Shown: positions 1-8,889 of the stretch, one piece after another | Position numbering within the stretch: position 1 is the first letter of the stretch | How the letters are laid out: each line of letters opens with the position of its first letter | Virus record (IMG/VR): IMGVR_UViG_3300020460_000038 | Coordinates: 1 to 32,341 of that record | Length of the DNA: 32,341 bases | Source of the DNA: a virus | Lineage: Duplodnaviria > Caudoviricetes | Direction: 5' to 3' (one strand) | Notes under the pieces: generated by a model | Seen by the model: only the letters and a program-made list of their open reading frames with translations | Told to the model about the DNA's origin: nothing | The model's database searches: none | Translations under genes and position numbers: made by a program

Positions 1-85
1 ATTATGATTCGGTTAAGGACAAAGAATTTGCTAAACAGCCCGCATTCTGGCTATCAGCAAAAAAGTATTTAGATGTAGTTCCTAA
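1..85. repeat. Left copy of terminal direct repeat / circularisation overlap
   Basis: 1-76 identical to 32257-32332. Over 85 nt there are 3 mismatches (AGTT vs TATG at 77-80). Confidence 0.95.
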
Positions 86-293
86 AAAAAACTATGATTT
101 TGGTATTTCTAAAACATCAGATGAAGATAGAATTAAAATGTTTACAGACGCAATAAAAAATAAGAAAGTAACTAGATTTATAAAAGACTATGCGGCTAGA
201 AATAAAGATATAATTGATATGGGAATAAAAAAAGGTTTTTTAACTAAAGAACAAGCAATTGATGATCTTGGAATGAAAAATGAGTATAGATGA
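3..293 (+). CDS. C-terminal part of the DUF1376/YdaU-like replication initiator (continues from 31698 across the junction)
   Basis: Frame 3 is open from the window edge (YDSVKDKEFAKQPAFWLSAKKYLD...GMKNEYR) to TGA at 291-293, with ATGA overlap into the next gene. Confidence 0.85.
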   Translation, partial: YDSVKDKEFAKQPAFWLSAKKYLDVVPKKNYDFGISKTSDEDRIKMFTDAIKNKKVTRFIKDYAARNKDIIDMGIKKGFLTKEQAIDDLGMKNEYR

Positions 294-664
294 GTAAGCC
301 ATTAAAAATATCGGAACAAGCGGCAGTGCAAATGCCTATGAAAACAGTTGCCTCGTTGATTTTACTCGTGGCCGCTGGCGTGTTCGCTTATACGGAACTG
401 ACGGCTAGGCTAGTATCGTTAGAGACCTCTCGTGAGTTAATGAAAGCTGATTTATTAAAGGCTAGCGATCAAAAACCCGTAGATCAAGAACAGTTCATGC
501 TTTTGGAATCGCTTTTTTCTGATGTAGAAAAATTAATTGAAAACCAAGAACAAAACGTCACAAATAAAGTAAACATAGAATTCAACAAACAATTACTTGA
601 AAAAGCATTAGAAGATATAGAAAAATTAAAAGATAAAGTCAGAGAAAATGGAAAGAACTATTAA
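290..664 (+). CDS. Membrane-anchored coiled-coil protein, function unknown
   Basis: One N-terminal hydrophobic helix (VASLILLVAAGVFAY) followed by heptad-like helical sequence. Translationally coupled at both ends. Confidence 0.75.
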   Translation: MSKPLKISEQAAVQMPMKTVASLILLVAAGVFAYTELTARLVSLETSRELMKADLLKASDQKPVDQEQFMLLESLFSDVEKLIENQEQNVTNKVNIEFNKQLLEKALEDIEKLKDKVRENGKNY

Positions 665-882
665 TGATTGAAACAGTGGTAGCTTTGCTTTTATTGATGA
701 ACGGAGAAATTAAAGAGGCAAGAATTCAAAATTCTATGTCAGAATGTTTAAAAGGGTCTCGTTTAGCTAAAAGACAATTAAAATCTAATAGTAATGTAAA
801 ATATCAGTGTATTAAGTCAAAAGCTGAACTAGAAACTAATATTGATGGTTCTTTTTCAATTAAATCTTTAATTTTAGAATAG
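664..882 (+). CDS. Small protein with hydrophobic N-terminus and two Cys
   Basis: MIETVVALLLLM...SECL...YQC; TAATG coupling to the upstream gene. Confidence 0.7.
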   Translation: MIETVVALLLLMNGEIKEARIQNSMSECLKGSRLAKRQLKSNSNVKYQCIKSKAELETNIDGSFSIKSLILE

Positions 883-943
883 GCTTTATTTTCTAACATT
901 TTTTTGATAAACAGAACTTACCTAACTCATAGGGTAAGAGGAT

Positions 944-1246
944 ATGTCGAGACCAAAAAAATATAATATTGACAAGCAACAAGTCAAAAAACTAGCAACA
1001 TTAGGCTGTACTAATAAAGAGATAGGCGATTTCTTTGGTTGTAGTGCTGATCTTATTGAGAAGAGTTATTCGGAATTTCTGACAAAAGGTAGAGCAGAAA
1101 TGAAAATGAGGCTCAGACAGCTACAGTGGAAGAGTGCAGAAAAAGGAAATGTTGTAATGCAGATATGGTTAGGTAAACAAATTTTAGGTCAGTCAGAAAA
1201 TATAATTACTGAAGATGACCAACCTTTAGCATGGAATTTAGAATGA
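944..1246 (+). CDS. terS: Terminase small subunit (HTH)
   Basis: GRP-like N-terminus (MSRPKK), HTH (GCTNKEIGDFFGCS) and GNVVMQIWLGKQILGQ motif typical of small terminases. SD AGAGGA; upstream of terL. Confidence 0.8.
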   Translation: MSRPKKYNIDKQQVKKLATLGCTNKEIGDFFGCSADLIEKSYSEFLTKGRAEMKMRLRQLQWKSAEKGNVVMQIWLGKQILGQSENIITEDDQPLAWNLE

Positions 1247-1252
1247 TATAAT
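1244..1252 (+). promoter_or_regulatory. Extended -10 promoter (TGnTATAAT), probably leaderless, for the oxygenase cassette
   Basis: TGATATAAT ends 7 nt before the ATG at 1260; no SD in between. Confidence 0.55.
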
Positions 1253-1259
1253 TTTTAAA

Positions 1260-1751
1260 ATGTTACCAGCTATACAAATAAAAGATAATTTTTTAACTGA
1301 TAAAGAATTTAAAATAATCCAAAATAATATTTATAAAATCAATTACCAACCGATGAAAAATGAATGTGGCAATTATGGTTTTAGACATTTTTTTACAAAA
1401 AATACTGAAAATGCTTGGTTATTTAATAAAATTAAAAATCAATTTTTTCCTAATGTGAATTTAAAAATAGATCATTCTTCTTATCATTTAAGACATAATA
1501 ATAACAAAGTGCTAGAACATTTAGACGACCAAGATTATAATTTTTTATTATATGTAAAAGGTAAAGAACTTATTTGTAATGGAACAGGATTTTATACAAA
1601 TAATATTTTAAACACTTACATAGGATTTGTTGAAAATAGAGCCTTATTCTTTGATGGAAAAAATAATTTACATACTAACTTACAATCTTTAGGCGAAAGT
1701 TCTGTTAGATACACAATAAACATTTTTTATAAATATTGTGCTATTAAATAA
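1260..1751 (+). CDS. 2OG-Fe(II) oxygenase-like protein
   Basis: DNFL near the N-terminus, HLD...H facial triad, NGTGFY, ENRALFFD, C-terminal RY. Paralogue of 19245-19766. Confidence 0.75.
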   Translation: MLPAIQIKDNFLTDKEFKIIQNNIYKINYQPMKNECGNYGFRHFFTKNTENAWLFNKIKNQFFPNVNLKIDHSSYHLRHNNNKVLEHLDDQDYNFLLYVKGKELICNGTGFYTNNILNTYIGFVENRALFFDGKNNLHTNLQSLGESSVRYTINIFYKYCAIK

Positions 1752-2250
1752 AAACCAAATAAACTTAATTAATCAAAATAAAACTTGTTTTGTTAAAGAC
1801 TTTGTTACTCTTACTAATATTTACGATTTTAATTTTATTAGTGATTTACTTGAAGAAAATGAACTAAAGGTAGTTTCAAAAACATCTATCGGGTATTTCA
1901 AAGATGTTTTTCAGATACATAGAGTTCTTAATACAAAAGAAGAATTTGCAATATTTTTTGATTTTTTAAGTAAGTTATTTAAATATGAAAGAGATGAAAA
2001 AGATGGGGCTGATTTATTTTTTAGTTTAGTTTCACAAACTGGTAACACTCATAATGATATTGAAGATGTTTTTATTATTGGTTTAAAAGGTAAAACAATT
2101 TATCGTATTTTTGACCAAAGTAATCAAGATTATCTTTTAGAAAAAGGAGACATGATTTTTATACCTAGAGGCAAAAAACATAAAGTTTTAAGTCTTAATT
2201 CAAGAATAGTTCTATCAATAGGGTTTTATGGAAAAAGATTTAAAAAATAA
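1738..2250 (+). CDS. JmjC/cupin-4-like Fe(II) oxygenase
   Basis: HND-IEDVFIIGLKGKT and LEKGDMIFIPRGKKHKV match the JmjC/cupin HxD...K...H pattern. Confidence 0.8.
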   Translation: MLLNKNQINLINQNKTCFVKDFVTLTNIYDFNFISDLLEENELKVVSKTSIGYFKDVFQIHRVLNTKEEFAIFFDFLSKLFKYERDEKDGADLFFSLVSQTGNTHNDIEDVFIIGLKGKTIYRIFDQSNQDYLLEKGDMIFIPRGKKHKVLSLNSRIVLSIGFYGKRFKK

Positions 2251-2797
2251 AAAAAGTTTGATACCTTTACCAAATATAAAAGCACAGATAATATATGCAG
2301 ACCCAGCTTGGTCATTTAAAACGTATTCAGAAAAAGGGCAGAAACGATCTGCTATCAGGCATTATAATACCATTAGTATTGATGATATTTGTAAGCTACC
2401 TATTTCTGATATTTCTGACGATGATTGCACTCTATTTCTTTGGGCTATTGATTCGATGTTGCCAGAGGCTTTTAGGGTCATTAAGGAATGGGGCTTTACA
2501 TATAAAACAGTGGCTTTTACATGGGTAAAACAAAATATTAAATCTGATGGATATTTTACTGGCATGGGCTACTGGACAAGGTGCAACCCAGAACAATGCT
2601 TACTAGCAACTAAAGGTAAACCAAAAAGAATTTCTAAATCAGTCAAACAATTAGTAATTAGCAAAAGACAAGAACACAGTAAAAAACCAGACATCATTAG
2701 AAATAATATTGTAGAGTTATGTGGCGATATTCCAAGAATAGAACTGTTTGCTAGACAAAAAGTGAAAGGCTGGCACAGTTGGGGAGATGAAATTTAA
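2228..2797 (+). CDS. MT-A70 family amino-methyltransferase
   Basis: IIYADPAW, LFLWA, WGFTYKT..FTWVK, GMGYWTR..PE, HSKKP, IELFAR, GW..WGDE. True start may be TTG at 2258. Confidence 0.92.
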   Translation: MEKDLKNKKSLIPLPNIKAQIIYADPAWSFKTYSEKGQKRSAIRHYNTISIDDICKLPISDISDDDCTLFLWAIDSMLPEAFRVIKEWGFTYKTVAFTWVKQNIKSDGYFTGMGYWTRCNPEQCLLATKGKPKRISKSVKQLVISKRQEHSKKPDIIRNNIVELCGDIPRIELFARQKVKGWHSWGDEI

Positions 2798-4005
2798 TGC
2801 CACTTACTGACCCACAAAGAGAAGTAATTAAAAGTAATAAAAGATTTAGAGTTTTAATATCTGGTCGAAGATTTGGTAAAACATTTTTAGCAATACAAGA
2901 AATCGCTAAGTTTGCTAGGTTTCCAAATCAAAGGGTCTGGTACGTCAGCCCTAGTTATCGTCAAAGTAAAACTATTTGCTGGGATATGCTTAAAGAAATG
3001 ATGCTAAGGCATAGATGGGTCAAAAGAATAAATGAGTCTGATTTATCATTGTTGCTTAAAAACAACACTCTTATAAGTTTAAAGGGGGCAGACAACGATC
3101 AATCTTTGCGTGGCGTTGGGTTAAACTTTATTGTGCTAGACGAATTTGCTGACATCAAACCTCAGGCTTGGTACGAGGTTCTCAGACCTACGTTATCAGA
3201 TACATTAGGCCATGCACTGTTCTGCTCTTCGCCAAAAGGTTTTAACTTTGCTTATGATCTTTACAGTAAACAAGACCCAGAATGGCAAAGTTTTAAATTT
3301 ACTACATTAGAGGGTGGTCAAGTATCTGAGTCTGAAATAGAGCAAGCAAAGAATGATTTAGATGAGAGAACTTTCCAACAAGAATATTTAGCAACCTTTG
3401 TAAACTATGCTGGAATTATTTATTACAATTTTAACAGAGAAAAAAATATTTTAGAAAAATATAATAAAAATTATAACACAGTTCACATTGGCCAAGACTT
3501 TAATATAGACCCGATGGCGGCTGTTGTTTCTGTAATAGAAAATGATAAGATATATATTATTGACGAGATTCAAATTTGGTCATCAAATACAAATGAAATG
3601 ATTGAAGAAATAAAAAACAGATACCCAAATAAAAAAATAGTTATTTATCCTGACCCAAGTTCTAAAGCTAGAAAGACATCTGCTGGTGGTATGACTGATC
3701 TTGCACTTCTAAAAAATGCTGGGTTTGATGTTAGAGTAAGAAACAAAGCACCTCTTGTTAGAGATAGAATAAATGCAGTCAATTCTAAATTCAAAAATGC
3801 TAAAGGTGTAAATAGTTTATATGTTTTAAAATCTTGCAAAAATGTTATTAAGTCTATAGAAAGACAGATATACAAAGAGGGAACAAATGTGCCTGACAAA
3901 GACTCTGGTTTCGACCATTTTAATGATGCGTTGGGCTACATGGTTGAGTATAATTTTCCAGTCAAACGGGATTTTAAACCAAACCCTCTACAAAGGTGGA
4001 GTTGA
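2797..4005 (+). CDS. terL: Terminase large subunit
   Basis: Walker A GRRFGKT, Walker B IVLDEF, LRG motif, nuclease GQDFN and DHFNDALGY. Confidence 0.97.
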   Translation: MPLTDPQREVIKSNKRFRVLISGRRFGKTFLAIQEIAKFARFPNQRVWYVSPSYRQSKTICWDMLKEMMLRHRWVKRINESDLSLLLKNNTLISLKGADNDQSLRGVGLNFIVLDEFADIKPQAWYEVLRPTLSDTLGHALFCSSPKGFNFAYDLYSKQDPEWQSFKFTTLEGGQVSESEIEQAKNDLDERTFQQEYLATFVNYAGIIYYNFNREKNILEKYNKNYNTVHIGQDFNIDPMAAVVSVIENDKIYIIDEIQIWSSNTNEMIEEIKNRYPNKKIVIYPDPSSKARKTSAGGMTDLALLKNAGFDVRVRNKAPLVRDRINAVNSKFKNAKGVNSLYVLKSCKNVIKSIERQIYKEGTNVPDKDSGFDHFNDALGYMVEYNFPVKRDFKPNPLQRWS

Positions 4006-5435
4006 TGGATAGAAAATTTTTAACGAGTAAGCACCCTTTATGGCACGCTAATATTCAGAACTGGGAATTTTATATTAGATCATATCTAGGTGGAAATGAT
4101 TATAAAAATGGATACTATCTACATAGATATATTTTAGAGACTCCAGAGGAATACGATCAAAGAATTAGACACACACCAGTTGATAACCACTGTAAAAATG
4201 TTGTTCAAATTTATACTAGCTTTTTATGGAGAGTGCCACCGACAAGAGATTATGGTTCTTTAGATGGAGACCCACAGCTAGAGGCATTTGTAAATGATGC
4301 AGACTTAGACGGCAGATCATTTAATACAATGATGAGAGAGGTGCAAATGAATGCAAGCATCTACGGGAACTGTTGGGTCATTATTGATAAACCACAAAGT
4401 AATTTAAGAACTAGAGCCGAAGAATTACAACAAGACATCAGACCTTATATGTCAATTTACACACCAGAAAATATTGTGAACTGGAATTACAAAAGAGCAT
4501 CTAGCGGAAGATTTTATTTAGATATGATAATGGTTGTTGAAGACATCAATGCTGAACGAGCAATAATAAAAATGTTTACTGAGGAAGAAATAACAACTTA
4601 TGAAATAACTGATTATGAAAAAGAATATGCAGAGGGCGATGTTAAAATAATTGAACAAGTGCCAAATGCTATCGGAGTTATTCCTTGTATTAATGTTTAC
4701 AATCTTAAAGGTGCAAAAAGACCAATTGGTATTAGTGATTTAGCTGATGTAGCATTTTTACAACAGTCTATTTACAACGATTATTCAGAAAAAGAACAGC
4801 TTATCAGATTAGCAAACCACCCTAGTTTAGTTAAGACTCCAAATGTTGAGGCTAGTGCTGGTGCTGGTTCAATAATAGAAATACCTGAAGATTTACAAAC
4901 TGATTTAAAACCTTATATCATTCAACCTAGTGGACAAAACCTAGAGGGTATTATGAAATGTATCCAAACTAAAATTGATGCAATAGATCGTATAACACAC
5001 ATGGGTTCAGTTAGAGGTACATCAGGAAATCAAATTTCAAGTGGTATTGCTTTACAAACAGAGTTTCAATTATTGAACGCTAAACTATCTGAGAAAGCAG
5101 ATTATTTAGAAAATGCCGAAGAGCAAATTTGGGACTTGTACGCTAGATGGCAAGATACAACATGGGACGGGTCAGTAGATTATCCTGATACATTTGATGT
5201 AAGAGATTGGGCTAATGATTTACAATTTTTACAAATGGCAAAAGCAAGTGGAATTAAATCAGAAACATTTAACAAACAACTTGATAAACAAATTGCAGAG
5301 GCAGTCATAGAAGATAATGAAATGATAAAAACTATTAATGATGAAATAGATAATACTAGAACTGTTAGAGGACAATTTACAACAACGGAAGTTGAGGGGC
5401 AGACTCCAGATGGCGAAGAAGAAGAAGAAAGTTAG
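4005..5435 (+). CDS. Portal protein
   Basis: Follows terL; ~476 aa with portal-like NHCKNVV, YGNCWVIIDKP and SGIAL motifs. TGATG coupling favours start 4005 over 3996. Confidence 0.9.
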   Translation: MDRKFLTSKHPLWHANIQNWEFYIRSYLGGNDYKNGYYLHRYILETPEEYDQRIRHTPVDNHCKNVVQIYTSFLWRVPPTRDYGSLDGDPQLEAFVNDADLDGRSFNTMMREVQMNASIYGNCWVIIDKPQSNLRTRAEELQQDIRPYMSIYTPENIVNWNYKRASSGRFYLDMIMVVEDINAERAIIKMFTEEEITTYEITDYEKEYAEGDVKIIEQVPNAIGVIPCINVYNLKGAKRPIGISDLADVAFLQQSIYNDYSEKEQLIRLANHPSLVKTPNVEASAGAGSIIEIPEDLQTDLKPYIIQPSGQNLEGIMKCIQTKIDAIDRITHMGSVRGTSGNQISSGIALQTEFQLLNAKLSEKADYLENAEEQIWDLYARWQDTTWDGSVDYPDTFDVRDWANDLQFLQMAKASGIKSETFNKQLDKQIAEAVIEDNEMIKTINDEIDNTRTVRGQFTTTEVEGQTPDGEEEEES

Positions 5436-5601
5436 AAGAGTTCCAAAGGACAAAGAAACAGGAATTCCAAAAAAATATTTATCTGGGCTTAAAGGTTCAA
5501 AAAGAACTCGTAGGGCCAGCTTAATCAAAAGAGTTTCGTCAATTTACAAATCTGGTGGAGTAATTCCAAAAAGTTTATTAAGAGCAAGGACTAAGGCATA
5601 A
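5410..5601 (+). CDS. Small Lys/Arg-rich protein
   Basis: MAKKKKKVRRVPKDKETGIPKKYLSGL; ATG at 5410 is more plausible than the track's 5392. Coupled to the next gene. Confidence 0.7.
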   Translation: MAKKKKKVRRVPKDKETGIPKKYLSGLKGSKRTRRASLIKRVSSIYKSGGVIPKSLLRARTKA

Positions 5602-5843
5602 TGGCAGTAAGAAGAAAACCACTATCGGCACAAGTTAGAGCAACACTAAGACGTAAAGCAAAAGCATCTAAAAAATATACTTATGCAACACTTGCTAAGG
5701 TTTATCGTAGAGGGCAAGGTGCATTCTTATCGGCTGGTAGTCGTAGAGTTCCAATGGCGGCTTGGTCTATGGGAAGAGTAAATAGTTTCCTAAGAGGTTC
5801 AAGAAAACACGATTTAGATTTAAGAAAAAAAAGAAAGAAATAA
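5601..5843 (+). CDS. Small basic protein, DUF5824-like
   Basis: LAKVYRRGQGAF...WSMGRVNSFL motif recalled from a marine-virus family. TAATG coupling at both ends. Confidence 0.65.
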   Translation: MAVRRKPLSAQVRATLRRKAKASKKYTYATLAKVYRRGQGAFLSAGSRRVPMAAWSMGRVNSFLRGSRKHDLDLRKKRKK

Positions 5844-6118
5844 TGGCAAAGTATCAGGGAAAAACAGTCAAGCTGGGAAAGCCATTTAGAACACCAAGTC
5901 AAAGTAAAAAATTTGCTGTTTACGTCAAAGACAGAAAAACTGGTAATGTAAAAAAGGTAAGATTTGGAGACCCCCGAATGTCAATCAAATCTAATATACC
6001 AGCACGAAAACGTAGTTTCATGGCTCGTATGGGCGGAGTCTTAAAAAGAGTTCGTGGTCAAAAAACGCTTTCGCCAGCTTACTGGTCTCTTTACTCTTGG
6101 CGTAATAGCATTAAATGA
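5843..6118 (+). CDS. Small basic protein, conserved in marine viruses
   Basis: KKFAVYVK...KKVRFGDP...RKRSFMAR...PAYWS pattern. Confidence 0.65.
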   Translation: MAKYQGKTVKLGKPFRTPSQSKKFAVYVKDRKTGNVKKVRFGDPRMSIKSNIPARKRSFMARMGGVLKRVRGQKTLSPAYWSLYSWRNSIK

Positions 6119-7017
6119 GCAGAATATTAGATAAACTTGCAGATCAACACGAAGAAAGACTTGTAAATGTTCTTTACACTTTAGAGGACGATGTCATCAA
6201 CGCTGTTAGAAGATCAACTGGTGGCGAGTTAATCTCAACAAGACTAGCAATCCAATTACAGCCACAATTAAGACAAGCTATAGAAAATACTTTTTTAAAC
6301 GAGGCAGATTTACTTATTAACGAAGATTATAATAAAATAGCAAAAGAGGTTTTAGATACCTTTGGTAAAATGCCTATACCCGCAAAATTTAGAAATTTAA
6401 CTCAAGTAGATTTACAAACTATTACTGCATTGAAATATCAATCATTTAGTGGCTTTGAAGATATTGCTGAGAGATTTTTAAAAGTTATTAATGATGAGGT
6501 TTATCAAAGTGCAATTGCTGGTAGGCCCTTTGCTGATGTAGAAAAAAATATTAGATCACATATCAACGGGGTTTATCAAAAGTCAAATCAAAGAGAAATA
6601 AACGAATTAGTAGATTTTATTAATGAAAATAAATTCAATGCTGAAAACAAAACAAGGGTTGAAGAGGCAATAACAAAACTAAGAACTGAATATGCCGCTG
6701 ATAGGGCTGGAGAAAATTTAAGAAAATATGCTGGTCAAATAGCACATGACTCCGTTATGCAGTTTCATGGCCAGTTTACAGTTAAGAAAGCAAAAGATAG
6801 TGGATTAGAACATTTTAGTTATACTGGCACTTTAGTGCGTGACTCTAGACCTTTTTGTCGAGATATGGTAAACAAAACTTTAACCGAAAAAGAAATTCGG
6901 GATATTTGGAACTCTAGGTCATGGGCTGGCAAAAGTTCTGGAGACCCTTTTATTGTAAGAGGGGGTTATCGTTGTCGGCACACTTGGATTCCAACAAATC
7001 CTGATTGGAACATATAA
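6115..7017 (+). CDS. Minor capsid / head morphogenesis protein (SPP1 gp7/MuF-like)
   Basis: Between portal and scaffold; C-terminal RPFC...GGYRCRH motif. Confidence 0.85.
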   Translation: MSRILDKLADQHEERLVNVLYTLEDDVINAVRRSTGGELISTRLAIQLQPQLRQAIENTFLNEADLLINEDYNKIAKEVLDTFGKMPIPAKFRNLTQVDLQTITALKYQSFSGFEDIAERFLKVINDEVYQSAIAGRPFADVEKNIRSHINGVYQKSNQREINELVDFINENKFNAENKTRVEEAITKLRTEYAADRAGENLRKYAGQIAHDSVMQFHGQFTVKKAKDSGLEHFSYTGTLVRDSRPFCRDMVNKTLTEKEIRDIWNSRSWAGKSSGDPFIVRGGYRCRHTWIPTNPDWNI

Positions 7018-7027
7018 GGAGATATAA

Positions 7028-7768
7028 ATGGCTGACGAACAACAAAAAGTAGAACAAACTACTGAACAAACTATTGAACAAACTGTTTCAAATGAAACAA
7101 CACAAAATGAACCACAGAAAGAGGAAATAAATAAAAAAAAATTTTCTGAGGAACAAGTAAACGAAATTGTAAAATCAAGATTAGCTAAAGACAGAGCATC
7201 TACTTACAGCAAATTAGGTGTTGAAGATTTAGAAACTGCTATCCAAGCTGTTAAGTTACAGAAAGAGGCAGACGAAAAATCTAAAATTCAAAAAGGAGAA
7301 TTTGAAAAAATCTTGAAAGAAAAATCAGAGGAGTCTCAAAAAACAATAAATAGTTTACAATCAGAATTAAGAGACATTAAAGTTAATAAATCTTTATTGT
7401 CGTCTGCATCAAGAAATAAAGCTATCAATCCTGACCAAGTCGTAGAACTTTTGAATAAAAATATAAAACTAAATGAATCAGGAAATGTTGAAATTCTAGA
7501 TAAAAATGGTATAGCTAGATATAACAGTAAGGGGGAACTTTTAACTACTGACGAGTTAGTTCAAGAGTTTTTAACACAGAACCCGCACTTTGTTACTGCA
7601 ACACCTAGTGGCAGTGGCTCAGTGTCAAATGTGGATAGGTCAGAACTCAGTAAACCTTTCAATCTGAGTGATTTAAATATGAATAATCCAGCGGATAAAA
7701 AGAGGTATGCTGAGTATAGAAAGCAAAGAGACTCTCAACCCACTAAGATTGTTCTTAACAACAAATAA
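7028..7768 (+). CDS. Capsid scaffolding protein
   Basis: Acidic disordered N-terminus, FSEEQVNEIVKSRL, coiled coil, GSGS tail; directly upstream of the capsid gene; SD AAGGAG. Confidence 0.85.
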   Translation: MADEQQKVEQTTEQTIEQTVSNETTQNEPQKEEINKKKFSEEQVNEIVKSRLAKDRASTYSKLGVEDLETAIQAVKLQKEADEKSKIQKGEFEKILKEKSEESQKTINSLQSELRDIKVNKSLLSSASRNKAINPDQVVELLNKNIKLNESGNVEILDKNGIARYNSKGELLTTDELVQEFLTQNPHFVTATPSGSGSVSNVDRSELSKPFNLSDLNMNNPADKKRYAEYRKQRDSQPTKIVLNNK

Positions 7769-7785
7769 CCATTAAGGAGTAAAAA

Positions 7786-8625
7786 ATGGCTAATGAAACG
7801 ACAAGTAGCACGATATCAGAACTATATACTGAGATCGTAGCAGAGGCATTGTTCGTAGCTAGCGAACAATCAATCATGAGAGGTCTTGTCAGAAACTACA
7901 GCATCGCTGGTGGTGGTAAATCAGTAGAAGTACCGATTTACGCAAACGTATCAGCGGCGGCAGTAAGTGAGGCATCTGATCTTTCTAACACAGCAGTAAA
8001 TCCATCATCTGTTACTATTACAGCATCAGAGGTTGGTATTATGACAACACTAACAGACCTAGCAAGAAACTCAGCATCAAGAAATGTTGCGGCTGACATC
8101 GGCAGACTATTTGGCGAGGCGATTGCAACTAAAATTGATTCTGACCTTGCGGCTTTGTTTACAGGGTTCTCAACAGAAAAAGGGCCTGGTGCTGGTTCTG
8201 AATTAACAGTTCAAGATTTATTTGAGTGTGCGGCAGAACTAAAAACTAACAAAGCACCTGGCCCGTACTATGGCGTGTTCCACCCTAAACAAATTTTTAA
8301 TGTTAAAAAATCTTTAACTAATACATTTGTTGGTAGAGACACAGACCTATCTAACGAGGCTATGAGATCAGGATTTGTAGGAAACGTGGCTGGAATACAA
8401 ATTTTTGAATCTTCAAACATTTCAGTAGATGGTTCAGACGACTCTATCGGTGGCGTATTCTCACAAGACGCTTTAGGACTAGCGATGATGCAAGACTTAA
8501 AAATTGAGTCTCAGCGTGACGCAAGTTTAAGAGCAGATGAGATCGTTGCTACGGCTGTGTTTGGTGTTGGCGAACTTCATGATTCTTATGGAGTTAAACT
8601 AACAGCAGATACACTAGCTAACTAA
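7786..8625 (+). CDS. Major capsid protein (HK97 fold)
   Basis: Position after scaffold, strong SD AAGGAG, AIATKIDSDL, VFHP, G.VGNVAGIQIFESSN, IESQRD; followed by a hairpin. Confidence 0.92.
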   Translation: MANETTSSTISELYTEIVAEALFVASEQSIMRGLVRNYSIAGGGKSVEVPIYANVSAAAVSEASDLSNTAVNPSSVTITASEVGIMTTLTDLARNSASRNVAADIGRLFGEAIATKIDSDLAALFTGFSTEKGPGAGSELTVQDLFECAAELKTNKAPGPYYGVFHPKQIFNVKKSLTNTFVGRDTDLSNEAMRSGFVGNVAGIQIFESSNISVDGSDDSIGGVFSQDALGLAMMQDLKIESQRDASLRADEIVATAVFGVGELHDSYGVKLTADTLAN

Positions 8626-8635
8626 TCTAAACAAT

Positions 8636-8660
8636 TAAGGGGTGGTACACCCACCCCTTA
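8636..8660 (+). terminator. Hairpin terminator/attenuator after the capsid gene
   Basis: TAAGGGGTGG-TACAC-CCACCCCTTA, a perfect 10-bp stem with a weak U tract. Confidence 0.75.
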
Positions 8661-8662
8661 TC

Positions 8663-8671
8663 TGATATAAA
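8663..8671 (+). promoter_or_regulatory. Extended -10 promoter (TGATATAAA), probably leaderless
   Basis: Immediately after the hairpin, 5 nt before the ATG at 8677; no SD. Confidence 0.45.
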
Positions 8672-8676
8672 AAATT

Positions 8677-8889
8677 ATGACTATAGAAACTGTAAAACTA
8701 ATTAATGATAAAAACGGCTCTATTATTGAAAGAAAAAAAGTAGATTACGAAAACAACGTAAAGATATGGACACAGCGTGGTTGGAGTTTGCATGATGGTA
8801 AAGCTGTAAAAGCTAAGACTGAAAAACCAGTTAAGGCAGTAAAAAAAGTTGTTAAGAAAGTTACTAAAAAAAGAAAAAGTAAAAAATAA
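8677..8889 (+). CDS. Small protein with Lys-rich, histone H1-like tail
   Basis: KAVKAKTEKPVKAVKKVVKKVTKKRKSKK; coupled to the next gene. Confidence 0.75.
   Translation: MTIETVKLINDKNGSIIERKKVDYENNVKIWTQRGWSLHDGKAVKAKTEKPVKAVKKVVKKVTKKRKSKK

Noticed and set aside
2294-2311. Inactivated methyltransferase because of DPAW instead of DPPW
   Set aside because: All other MT-A70 motifs are intact and the catalytic D-P and aromatic residue are retained, so there is no evidence of pseudogenisation.
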